DNA of 64,000 bases from Rhodothermales bacterium (GTDB lineage Bacteria; Bacteroidota; Rhodothermia; Rhodothermales; UBA10348). Below are positions 17,975 to 27,117 of this stretch, in pieces (the first letter of the stretch is position 1; the number at the start of each line of letters is the position of its first letter). Both the position numbers and the translations under genes were made by a program. Where the stretch lies: positions 269,430-333,429 of the forward strand of contig JAVJVN010000004.1 of assembly GCA_040221055.1 (NCBI GenBank), in the 5' to 3' direction. The notes beneath the pieces are model-generated. The model worked only from the letters and a program-made list of their open reading frames with translations, had not been told where the DNA came from and did no database searches.

Positions 17975-20869
17975 ATGGCCCGATTAACCCGTCAGAGCAG
18001 GCGACGCAAGAACGTGGGCAAAGCCAAAACCAGAACCACCGCAGAAGCCACCACGGCCCCCCGGAACATCATCATCCGGGGTGCCCGCCAGCACAACCTG
18101 AAGAACGTCGACCTGGACCTCCCCCGGGGCTCACTGATCGTATTCACCGGGCCGTCGGGGTCGGGTAAGTCTTCCCTCGCCTTCGATACCATCTACGCCG
18201 AGGGGCAGCGGCGCTATGTGGAGTCCCTGAGCTCCTACGCCCGGCAATTCCTGGAACGGATGGACAAGCCCGATGCCGACCTGATTACGGGTCTCGCACC
18301 GGCCATTGCCATCGAGCAGAAGACCGTCTCGAAGAACCCGCGCTCGACGGTGGCCACGCAGACCGAACTGTACGACCACCTGCGCCTGCTTTTTGCCCGG
18401 ATCGGTACCACCTTTTCGCCCGTCTCCGGCGAACCGGTCACCCGCGACTCGCCACGGTCCGTGGCCCGCGATGTCCAGGACCGGTTCGAGGACGGCACCC
18501 GGTTCATGGTCTGTTTTCCGTTTCCGGACCGCAAGAAGATTGCCGTCCGGGATGAGCTGGAGAGCCTCCGCAAACGGGGATTCTTCCGCATGGTCGCCCT
18601 GCCCACCGAAAAGCAGGCCGAAAAGGGCGAAACCGAGTCCATCATCGACCTGAATGAAACCGAGCCCGCATCCGTGCGCATAGCCCGCGACCGGCTGCTC
18701 GTACTCGTGGACCGGCTCGCCACGCGGAAGGACGATGAGGACGCGGAATCGCGACTGGCCGATTCCGTGGAGCAAGCCTTCTCCGAGGGGGGTGGGCGCT
18801 GCCTCATCCTGCGCCCGGGCGAGCGGGAGGCCCGGGCGTACAGCCAGCATTTCGAGCGGGACGGACGCATTTTCGCGGAGCCCACGCCGCACCTGTTCTC
18901 CTTCAACTCCCCGGTCGGTGCCTGCCCGACCTGCCAGGGGTTCGGTCGCACCGCCGGACTGGACCCGGATCTTGTCATTCCCGACCCGGCCCTGTCCATC
19001 CGCCAGGGCGCCATTGCCCCGTTCCGTACCGAATCCTGGAGCCAGTACTTCCGCGCCCTCATCCGCGTGGCCGCCGACGAACGGATAAGCATAGACAAGC
19101 CATACCAGGATCTCACCGGGAAGGAACTGGACATCATCTGGAACGGCAAGGCCGACTATGCCGGCATCCACGGCTTCTTCGACTACCTCGAATCGAAGAA
19201 GTACAAGATGCACTACCGGATTTACCACGCCCGCTTCCGCGGATACACGTCGTGTCCCTCCTGCAAGGGATACCGGCTCAGGGACGATGCGCTCTTCGTG
19301 CGCGTGGCCGGCCACCACATCGGCCAGGTATGCGAACTCACCATAGAAGATGCGTCGCGCTTCTTCGCGGAACTCTCCCTGAACGACCATGAAATGGCCG
19401 TTGCCGGCCGGGTCCTGGATGAGCTCCGGCGGCGGCTCACGTACCTGGTCAAGGTGGGACTGGAGTACCTCTCGCTGGATCGCCTCTCCCAGAGTCTGTC
19501 CGGCGGGGAAAGCCAACGCATAAACCTGGCCACGTCGCTCGGCTCATCACTCGTAGGCAGCCTGTACGTGCTCGATGAGCCGTCCATCGGGCTGCATCCG
19601 CGCGATACGCACAGGCTGATCGACATCCTGGAGCATCTCCGGGACATCGGCAACACGGTTCTCGTGGTCGAACACGAGGAGGACATGATGCGCCGCGCTG
19701 ACTGGATCGTGGACCTGGGACCGGGCGCAGGCCGCAACGGCGGTCATGTCGTGGCCCAGGGCCCACCCGTCGACGTGGAAGCACACCCCGATTCGTTGAC
19801 CGGCGCCTACCTGAGCGGACGGAAGCGGATTCCCGTGCCCGCCGAGCGCCGCGCCATCAATCCGAAGGATGTCATCCGGCTGGAAAATGCCCGCCAGCAC
19901 AACCTGAAACGGCTGGACGTGGAATTCCCGCTCGGCATGCTCGTGTGCGTGACGGGGGTTTCCGGGTCGGGCAAGTCCACGCTGGTCCACGATACGCTCT
20001 ACAATGGACTCGCCAAGCTGAAAGGGGTGGCCGCGGGCGACGTCCAGGCCGGCCGGCACGACGCCATCCGCGGCCACCCCCTCATTGACACCGTCGAACT
20101 CGTGGACCAGACGCCCATCGGCCGATCACCACGGTCCAACCCGGCCACTTATGTGAAGGCCTTCGACGGCATCCGCAAGTTGTTCTCCGACACCTACCAG
20201 GCACGGATCCAGGGCTATGCGCCCGGGTATTTCTCGTTCAACGTGCCTGGAGGCCGGTGCGAGACGTGCCAGGGCGAGGGCGTGGTCACCATCGAGATGC
20301 AATTCCTGGCCGACCTGTACCTGGAATGCGAAGCCTGCAAGGGGCGTCGCTACCGACAGGATGTCCTGGAAATCCGCTACAAGGGCAAGTCGATTGCCGA
20401 CGTCCTGGACATGACCGTGGACGATGCCGTGGACTTCTTTGAGGACGATGCGCCGACGCAACGCAAGTTGCAGGTCCTGGCCGACGTGGGCCTGGGCTAC
20501 CTCAGTCTGGGGCAGCCCTCCAACACGCTGTCCGGCGGCGAAGCCCAACGGATAAAGCTGGCGTCGCACCTCGGAAAGACGACCCGGGAGCGCACACTGT
20601 ATATTTTCGACGAGCCCACCACCGGTCTGCACATTGACGATATCCACACGCTGCTCCAGGCCTTCCAGGCGCTCATCCAGGAAGGGCACTCCGTGATCGT
20701 GATCGAACACAATATGGAAGTCGTCAAATGTGCGGATCATGTCATCGACATGGGTCCGGAAGGCGGCGTCCGCGGCGGATTCGTCGTGGCATCCGGAACC
20801 CCCGAGGACGTGGCCGGCGTGGCGGAGAGTCATACCGGTCGGTTCCTGAAAGCCCTTCTGGACGCATGA
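17975..20869 (+). CDS. uvrA: Excinuclease ABC subunit UvrA
   Basis: GPSGSGKSSLAF and GVSGSGKSTLV Walker A motifs, LSGGE signatures, zinc modules CPTCQGFG and CETCQGEG. Start at MARLTRQS (ATG 17975). Confidence 0.95.
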   Translation: MARLTRQSRRRKNVGKAKTRTTAEATTAPRNIIIRGARQHNLKNVDLDLPRGSLIVFTGPSGSGKSSLAFDTIYAEGQRRYVESLSSYARQFLERMDKPDADLITGLAPAIAIEQKTVSKNPRSTVATQTELYDHLRLLFARIGTTFSPVSGEPVTRDSPRSVARDVQDRFEDGTRFMVCFPFPDRKKIAVRDELESLRKRGFFRMVALPTEKQAEKGETESIIDLNETEPASVRIARDRLLVLVDRLATRKDDEDAESRLADSVEQAFSEGGGRCLILRPGEREARAYSQHFERDGRIFAEPTPHLFSFNSPVGACPTCQGFGRTAGLDPDLVIPDPALSIRQGAIAPFRTESWSQYFRALIRVAADERISIDKPYQDLTGKELDIIWNGKADYAGIHGFFDYLESKKYKMHYRIYHARFRGYTSCPSCKGYRLRDDALFVRVAGHHIGQVCELTIEDASRFFAELSLNDHEMAVAGRVLDELRRRLTYLVKVGLEYLSLDRLSQSLSGGESQRINLATSLGSSLVGSLYVLDEPSIGLHPRDTHRLIDILEHLRDIGNTVLVVEHEEDMMRRADWIVDLGPGAGRNGGHVVAQGPPVDVEAHPDSLTGAYLSGRKRIPVPAERRAINPKDVIRLENARQHNLKRLDVEFPLGMLVCVTGVSGSGKSTLVHDTLYNGLAKLKGVAAGDVQAGRHDAIRGHPLIDTVELVDQTPIGRSPRSNPATYVKAFDGIRKLFSDTYQARIQGYAPGYFSFNVPGGRCETCQGEGVVTIEMQFLADLYLECEACKGRRYRQDVLEIRYKGKSIADVLDMTVDDAVDFFEDDAPTQRKLQVLADVGLGYLSLGQPSNTLSGGEAQRIKLASHLGKTTRERTLYIFDEPTTGLHIDDIHTLLQAFQALIQEGHSVIVIEHNMEVVKCADHVIDMGPEGGVRGGFVVASGTPEDVAGVAESHTGRFLKALLDA

Positions 20870-22002
20870 GCCGGCCACGCAAACGCATCGCCCTGTTCAC
20901 CGGGGCATACAACCACATTGCCGACGGGGTCAGCCTGACGTTGAACCGGCTGGTGGGCTATCTCCTGGATCACGGAGCGGAGGTCCTGGTGTTCGCTCCG
21001 ACGGGTGAAACGCCAGCCCTTGCCCATGCGGGCCGGATGGAAGCGCTGCCGTCCGTGGCCATGCCCGGCCGGCCGGAGTACCGCATTTCCCTGGGGCTGT
21101 CAACAGACAACCGCAGTGTGCTGGACGAATTCGACCCGACCATCGTGCATATTGCCACACCGGACATCGGTGGCCTGCAGGCGCTCGCGTGGGCTGAACG
21201 GCGCGGGTTGCCGGTCGTCGCATCGTACCATACCCATTTCAGCTCGTATCTCAACTTTTACCGGATGGCCGGATTGGAGCGGATGATGTGGGCCTATTTG
21301 CGGTGGTTCTACGGGCATTGCAGCCACGTCTATGTACCTACGTCCTCCATGGCCGATGTCCTGGTATCGCACGGCATCCGAAATGGCCTCGAACTGTGGC
21401 CGCGGGGCGTGGATACGGAGCTGTTCCATCCGGGCCGCCGATCGGCGGAGTTCCGCCGCAAACATGGCTTCCAGGACACCGATGTCGTCGTCAGCTTCAT
21501 CAGTCGGCTGGTCATCGAGAAGGGACTGGATGTCTATGCGGATACGGTAGCGGCCCTGCGCGACGAAGGATGTCCGGTGCGGGCCCTGGTCGTGGGTGAC
21601 GGTCCAGCGTGTGACATGCTGCGTGAGCGCCTGCCCCGTGCGGTTTTTGCCGGACACCTGCGCGGACCGGAGCTCGCTACGGCTTACGCCTCCTCCGACG
21701 TCTTCCTGTTTCCCTCTGAAACCGAGACCTTCGGCAATGTCACCCTCGAAGCCATGGCATCGGGCATTCCGACCGTGTGCGCCAATGCGACGGGCAGCAA
21801 GTCGTTGGTGGTGGACGGCGTGACCGGTTTCCTGGTGGAGCCGCGCGACAGCGAGGGCTTCACGACCGCGCTGCGTACGCTGGTCATGGATGCCGGGCGC
21901 CGTCAGGCCATGGGCGAGGCCGCCCATGCCGAGGCGCTTACCTATACCTGGCCGTTGATCCTGGGTCGGATCAATGCCTTCTACGATTCGGTGTTGCCAT
22001 GA
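20866..22002 (+). CDS. Glycosyltransferase family 4
   Basis: RIALFTGAYNHIADGVSLTL N-terminus; C-terminal FPSETETFGNVTLEAMASGIPTVCANATGSKSLVVDGVTGFLVEP. The ATG overlaps the uvrA stop (ATGA). Confidence 0.8.
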   Translation: MSRPRKRIALFTGAYNHIADGVSLTLNRLVGYLLDHGAEVLVFAPTGETPALAHAGRMEALPSVAMPGRPEYRISLGLSTDNRSVLDEFDPTIVHIATPDIGGLQALAWAERRGLPVVASYHTHFSSYLNFYRMAGLERMMWAYLRWFYGHCSHVYVPTSSMADVLVSHGIRNGLELWPRGVDTELFHPGRRSAEFRRKHGFQDTDVVVSFISRLVIEKGLDVYADTVAALRDEGCPVRALVVGDGPACDMLRERLPRAVFAGHLRGPELATAYASSDVFLFPSETETFGNVTLEAMASGIPTVCANATGSKSLVVDGVTGFLVEPRDSEGFTTALRTLVMDAGRRQAMGEAAHAEALTYTWPLILGRINAFYDSVLP

Positions 22003-23171
22003 ACATTCTGTTCGTCACCCACTCGTTTCCGCCTCCCGACCGCCCGCTGGACAATGTGGGCGGCATGCAACGCGTGGCGTTTGAGCTGGATGCGGCCCTC
22101 CGCCGGCAGGTTGCACGTGGCGACGCCTCCTTTTCCTACGAAACCCGCGCGCTGGTGAGTTCCTGGCGGTGGGTCCACGTAAAGGTGGTCCCGTTCCTTT
22201 TCGGCACATGGCGGTTGCTGGCCCGGCAGATCCGCCGGCGTGACGTGGACGTGGTCGTGTTCTCGAGCATGGTCACGGCCGCACTGGCCGTACCTCTTTC
22301 AGGACTTCTCCGGAAGCACGGCGTGGCCACAGCGGCCATTGTCCATGGCCAGGATGTCACAAAGCCTGTCCGCGCCTGGCAGGGCCTGGTGTCCCGGGTC
22401 TTCGAGGCGGTCGATGTGGTCATGCCTGTCAGCGGAGCCACCGGCGAGGCCTGTGTGGAACGCGGGTTGCCCCCGGAAAAGGTTGCCGTGGTCCACAACG
22501 GGGTGGACCTGGACCGGTTCAATGCCGTGCTGGACCGGTTGGCCGCGCGCGGCACACGGATTTCCGCGGACCGGGCCCGATTGAATGAATCCAGCGCGGA
22601 ATCCACCGACGCCTCTCCCCTCCTCCTGTGCAGCGTCGGCCGGCAGGTGAAGCGCAAGGGGTTTGCGTGGTTCATCCGGAACGTCATGCCGGCCTTGCCT
22701 CCCCATGTCCACTATTGGCTCGGGGGCGATGGACCGGAGCACGACGACATCCAGGCCGCCATCCGCGAAACCGGACTCGAAGCGCGGGTTCGCCTGCTGG
22801 GCCGGCTCGACGAGGACGAACTCATTGATCTGTACCGTTGCAGCGATCTGTTCATCATGCCGAACATCCCGGTTCCGGGCGACATGGAAGGATTCGGCAT
22901 TGTCATGCTGGAGGCCGGCCTGTCCGGACTGCCGACCGTGGCCGCACGCCTGGAAGGCATCCGGGAAGTGATCACACCCGGAGAGAACGGGTACTTCGTG
23001 GAATCCGGGGACGCCGCTGGATTCGCCGATCGTATTTCGGCGCTCGACGCCGATCGATCTGCGCTCGCCGATCTCTCGGAACGAACCGTTGGACACGTCC
23101 GGTCCACCTTCGGTTGGGATGCCGTGGCCGGAAACTACCTCGCCGTACTCTCCCGCGTCTCCAACCACTGA
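21999..23171 (+). CDS. Glycosyltransferase family 4
   Basis: MNILFVTHSFPPP...GGMQRV N-terminus; C-terminal MPNIPVPGDMEGFGIVMLEAGLSGLPTVAARLEGIREVITPGENGYFVE. The ATG overlaps the previous stop (ATGA). Confidence 0.8.
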   Translation: MNILFVTHSFPPPDRPLDNVGGMQRVAFELDAALRRQVARGDASFSYETRALVSSWRWVHVKVVPFLFGTWRLLARQIRRRDVDVVVFSSMVTAALAVPLSGLLRKHGVATAAIVHGQDVTKPVRAWQGLVSRVFEAVDVVMPVSGATGEACVERGLPPEKVAVVHNGVDLDRFNAVLDRLAARGTRISADRARLNESSAESTDASPLLLCSVGRQVKRKGFAWFIRNVMPALPPHVHYWLGGDGPEHDDIQAAIRETGLEARVRLLGRLDEDELIDLYRCSDLFIMPNIPVPGDMEGFGIVMLEAGLSGLPTVAARLEGIREVITPGENGYFVESGDAAGFADRISALDADRSALADLSERTVGHVRSTFGWDAVAGNYLAVLSRVSNH

Positions 23172-25666
23172 AGCAGGGCCGGCAGGAAAAACAGGGCCGC
23201 GGCCAACGTGGCCCCGATTCCGATGACGGCCAGCTGTCCGATGGACGACAGGCCCGGGTGGAAACTCAGGAGCAGCCCGGCGAATCCGACCATGGTGGTC
23301 AGTGATCCCATGGCCACGTGTTCTCCGGTGGACCGCAGCATGGCCCGGATGGACCCGGGTCCCAACTCCCGGTATCGGTGCACCAGATGCACGCCCGCAT
23401 CGTTACCTATGCCCAGCACCGCGGGCAGCACGATCAGGTTGTAGAAGTTCAGCTGGGCACGCATCAACTCCATGATGAGCAGCATCCACAGCACCCCGAC
23501 TACCAGGGGCAGCACGGCCAACAACGTCCATCGGACCGACCCGAAGTTGACGTACATGAGCAGCAGTACGATCAGGAAGGTGGCCAGAACCATCCACGGG
23601 GCCTCGCCGCGCATGAGCAGCAACATGTCGGCCGCCACGAGGGAGGTGGACCCGGCATGCCACGTGGTGCCGTCTTCACCCACCAGCGTACCCACGTCCT
23701 CGGCGAAGGCAATCGACTGACGGCCGTCGGACAGACCCACCGACGGATAGATGATGACGAAATTCCCCAGTTCACCGGTTTTCGACGTGAACTGCTTGCG
23801 CAGGAATTCCGGAACGTCCTCGAGCGCGATGGGCGCACGCGTCTGGGCCGCGGCATTCAATCTGTCCACGTCGTCCGACGCCTCGTCCTCGATGAACGGA
23901 TCGGCCAGCATTTCCCGGATGGTTGCCAGCCGGGCCAGTCGTACGGCCTGTGCCTCGGGTGTCATCGGAAACCGGTCCTGGAGGGATTCCACGCGGCTGA
24001 TGGTGGGCGACAGGGTATCCACGCGCATGCGCTCGTTCACGGCCGCCACGACACGCGGTACCTCATCGGGGTGGTCCACGACGACATACGCCGGATTGCG
24101 CTGGCGACGATCGTTGTAGACTTCGCGGATGATTTCCCGTCGGGCCTCGTATTCCTCGTAGCTCGGCTCCAGTTCACCGAAGCGGTACTCGAATCCGACC
24201 CGTCCGGAAAGCACGAGCGAGGCCACGACGGCCAGCAGGCTCAGCACCAGCACGGTCCGGTACGCGGGATACGGCGCACGCGACGCGGCAACGGCCGGTT
24301 TGTCGGGATTGCGCGCATCCATGTTGAGCAGCCGCAAGCGTTCGAACACGGTCAACATGGCCGGCAGCACCACCAGCATGGCCACGAGCGCGAAAATGAT
24401 TCCGGTGCCCGCCATGAATCCGAACTGGGAGAATCCCTTGAAGTCGGCAACGACCAGGACGTACAGCGCCAGCGCAGTCGTCAAGGCACCGATGGTGATG
24501 GCCTGGCCCGTCGTGGCGAACGTCTGCTCCGCGGCATCCACCACGGAATTCCCGAGCGCCCGTTCCTCGGTGTACCGCGCATAGAAGTGGATTCCGAAGT
24601 CGATGCCGAGGCCGAACAGCACGAGCCCCAACGTGGAGGTCATCAAGTTCAATTCATCGTACGCCAGCCAGGCAATGCCAAACGTCCAGGACAGGCTCAT
24701 GGCCAACGGCAAGCCGATGGCCAGCGCCATGATGGGCATTCGGAGGATTTGGGTGGCCAGCGTCCGGGCGGACCAGTGATGGCCCACCCGCGCTGTATAG
24801 GACTTGTACAGGAAATACAGGACAACCATCAGGAGGACGGCCCCGGCCCCCGATCCGAACGAACCCAGGACGTCCTTCTGGATGGTCTCGATCTCGATCA
24901 TCTGCCGCATGAGCCGGCCCGCCGTGGTCACAGCCATGTCCGGGTGGTACGATGCCGGATCCAGTTCGGCTATTATGCGGTCCAGTCCGTTGTAGGCGTC
25001 CCGGATGAAAGCGATGTTTGAGGAGGCCTCGACCGGAAAGAACCGCAGCACCATGGTTGTACTGTCTTCTGAAACCGGGTATTCCCGCGACACGATCTCG
25101 TTGTAGATGGCCTGCAGCTCCTCGCCCACGGAATCCGGCTCCGCCTCCATGTCTTCATCGTCTTCCAGGTCGAAGTAGAAGGGATTGGCCTCCAGTTTGG
25201 CCTCCTCAATCCGGTCACCGAGCCATGTTTCGAGCATGTCCAGCTCGGCCGGCGTCGCGAAATACAGCGCGTTGTTCTTCAGGAACGTGACGTCTTTACG
25301 GTACTCCACCCGCTGGAAGAACGGCTCGTCGTACCCGGGTCCGCTCATGACGAGTACGCGCTCAATCAAATCCTCTGCGAACGCCTTGTTGGCCGCGAAG
25401 GACGGACTCTGGATGCCGATGGCCGCTTCGCTCTCGCCGCCCACGGTATCCCTCAGGCGTTGCAGGGCCACCGCGCTCGGATAGTCATCCGGAATGAGGT
25501 TGGCCAGATCCGTATCGATGGACAGCTTCATGGATGCGCGGACACCCAGGAACGTCAACCCGACGGAAAGGATGAGCACGAACGGTGCAAACCGGACGAC
25601 CCCCCTGATGAATGGACGGAGCGCGTGGAACAGGCGATCCATCAAAAGGCGGCTCGGTTGACTCAT
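23135..25666 (-). CDS. MMPL/RND-superfamily (sterol-sensing-domain type) membrane transporter
   Basis: 843 aa with two 6-TM bundles, each preceded by a large soluble loop. Duplicated motif GLGIDFGIHFYARY / GIGNDAGVHLVHRY is typical of the MMPL/HpnN family. Confidence 0.8.
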   Translation of the reverse strand: MSQPSRLLMDRLFHALRPFIRGVVRFAPFVLILSVGLTFLGVRASMKLSIDTDLANLIPDDYPSAVALQRLRDTVGGESEAAIGIQSPSFAANKAFAEDLIERVLVMSGPGYDEPFFQRVEYRKDVTFLKNNALYFATPAELDMLETWLGDRIEEAKLEANPFYFDLEDDEDMEAEPDSVGEELQAIYNEIVSREYPVSEDSTTMVLRFFPVEASSNIAFIRDAYNGLDRIIAELDPASYHPDMAVTTAGRLMRQMIEIETIQKDVLGSFGSGAGAVLLMVVLYFLYKSYTARVGHHWSARTLATQILRMPIMALAIGLPLAMSLSWTFGIAWLAYDELNLMTSTLGLVLFGLGIDFGIHFYARYTEERALGNSVVDAAEQTFATTGQAITIGALTTALALYVLVVADFKGFSQFGFMAGTGIIFALVAMLVVLPAMLTVFERLRLLNMDARNPDKPAVAASRAPYPAYRTVLVLSLLAVVASLVLSGRVGFEYRFGELEPSYEEYEARREIIREVYNDRRQRNPAYVVVDHPDEVPRVVAAVNERMRVDTLSPTISRVESLQDRFPMTPEAQAVRLARLATIREMLADPFIEDEASDDVDRLNAAAQTRAPIALEDVPEFLRKQFTSKTGELGNFVIIYPSVGLSDGRQSIAFAEDVGTLVGEDGTTWHAGSTSLVAADMLLLMRGEAPWMVLATFLIVLLLMYVNFGSVRWTLLAVLPLVVGVLWMLLIMELMRAQLNFYNLIVLPAVLGIGNDAGVHLVHRYRELGPGSIRAMLRSTGEHVAMGSLTTMVGFAGLLLSFHPGLSSIGQLAVIGIGATLAAALFFLPALLQWLETRESTAR

Positions 25667-26400
25667 GGGGTCTCGCGCTTCAATCGGATGTTGTCAAAAT
25701 CGGCTTCGGCTTCGCTGCCGGTATTGTCGGAGTCGCCCCACAGACGGATGGAGATGGGTCGCTCCGGAGGCTCGTCGCCGAACACCGCCCGGTAATCTTC
25801 AACCACATTCCGCTCGACCCGCTGCCATTCGCCCATGGTCGAGGAAGACACCACAATCACCTTCAGTTTGCCGTAGGACACGACCGTTCCCTCGGGCAAG
25901 GCACTCGAATAGACATATTTGATGGTCTTCGGGCGCTTTACAATGAAGCCTTCAAACGAAAACACGACATAGATGCCTGCCGCGGAATCGTTCAGGCTTT
26001 CATTGTCCTCGCGAGCGCCGGGGGGCAGTTTGTTGGCCCGCCAGTCCCACGCCAGCACGGGATGCGTGGTCAGGTCCCAATCCATGTGGGGCTGCTCGTT
26101 CAGCAGGGTCAAATGGACCGCTTCACCCTTCGTGTACACGCGCAACACCCGGTTGCGTCCATCCTGGACGACCGTGAAGCGTTCGTTTTCCCGCATGAAG
26201 GCTTCGGTCAGGGGCTGCAGGGTCCGGTCGTGCAGGTAGCTCCAGCGTACCGGCAGGCCGCCCGTTTCGTACGATTCGAAATCGTCCAACATCCGGGCAT
26301 CGGGGCGATTGGCTTGACCCTGCGCGGCACCGGGCCATACAGGCAACATCAGGCCAATCAGCAGGATTCGGAGCAGGGGCATGGTGTGGTGTTGGATCAT
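25663..26400 (-). CDS. Secreted DUF3047-like protein
   Basis: Signal peptide MPLLRILLIGLMLPVWPGAAQG. The body (WDWRANKLPPGAREDNESLNDSAAGIYVVF...IRLWGDSDNTGSEAEADFDNIRL) resembles DUF3047 as I recall it. The stop overlaps the MMPL start (ATGA). Start is 26400 or 26382. Confidence 0.5.
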   Translation of the reverse strand: MIQHHTMPLLRILLIGLMLPVWPGAAQGQANRPDARMLDDFESYETGGLPVRWSYLHDRTLQPLTEAFMRENERFTVVQDGRNRVLRVYTKGEAVHLTLLNEQPHMDWDLTTHPVLAWDWRANKLPPGAREDNESLNDSAAGIYVVFSFEGFIVKRPKTIKYVYSSALPEGTVVSYGKLKVIVVSSSTMGEWQRVERNVVEDYRAVFGDEPPERPISIRLWGDSDNTGSEAEADFDNIRLKRETP

Positions 26401-26574
26401 GACGGCCCGAAGATCACAAATCGGGCCACAATGGCAGGAGCGTACGTACAGGTCACGCAGAGGCTCCCCGGCCGGGTTTGACCGGGTATCCGGGCGGTTC
26501 GGTGCGCGTCGGGTGTCCATGAAGCTGGACGATCACACAGCCGCCATGGGCAGCGGAATCGTCACACTCCGCAA

Positions 26575-26659
26575 CGTAACCCGCACTGTGTCCGCGGCGT
26601 AACCATCTGGAATTCAACTTTCGAATATGTCATGCCGTGTTCCGAATCCGTAGGTTACG
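26575..26659. promoter_or_regulatory. Three CGTAACC heptamers (two direct, one inverted) in the 284-nt DUF3047/MaoC divergent intergenic region
   Basis: CGTAACC at 26575-26581 and 26598-26604; GGTTACG at 26653-26659. GCGTAACC (26597-26604) and GGTTACGC (26653-26660) can pair as an 8-bp stem around a 48-nt loop. Confidence 0.25.
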
Positions 26660-26684
26660 CGGCGACTCGCACCTGGAATCCCGC

Positions 26685-27110
26685 ATGAACCCGAATACCT
26701 ACGAAGCCCTCGAAGTCGGACAGTCGTACACCACGACGCGTCACTTGTCCGCCAAGGATGTACAGATCTACGCCGACTTGACGGGCGACGACAATCCCAT
26801 CCATATCAACGCCGAGTACGCGGCCGGAACCCGTTTCGGTCAGCCCATTGTGCACGGTACCTTCCTGCTCGGCATCATATCGAAGGCACTTGGACGTGAT
26901 TTTCCGGGTCCGGGCAGTGTGGCGGTATCCATATCGTGCCGGTTCCTTCGGCCCGTTCCCGTGGACTCCGAGATCACCGTGGAAGTCCGCGTGGCCGAGA
27001 AAATCGAGAAGTACCGGCACATCCGGATGAAGGTGTACATCTACCGCGACAAGAAGACGGTGCTCGGCGGTGAGGCGGTCCTCATCCCGCCCGGCGAAGG
27101 CGCCCTATAA
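26685..27110 (+). CDS. MaoC-like (R)-specific enoyl-CoA hydratase / hot-dog fold dehydratase
   Basis: YADLTGDDNPIHINAEYAAGTRFGQPIVHGTFLLG hydratase-2 motif. About 141 aa from ATG 26685. Confidence 0.8.
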   Translation: MNPNTYEALEVGQSYTTTRHLSAKDVQIYADLTGDDNPIHINAEYAAGTRFGQPIVHGTFLLGIISKALGRDFPGPGSVAVSISCRFLRPVPVDSEITVEVRVAEKIEKYRHIRMKVYIYRDKKTVLGGEAVLIPPGEGAL

Positions 27111-27117
27111 GGCCCGG

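Noticed and set aside
26381-26602. A 73-aa ORF (+) inside the long DUF3047/MaoC intergenic region.
   Set aside because: It is Arg-rich with no motif, and its 5' end overlaps the DUF3047 start region. The region is better treated as non-coding regulatory sequence.
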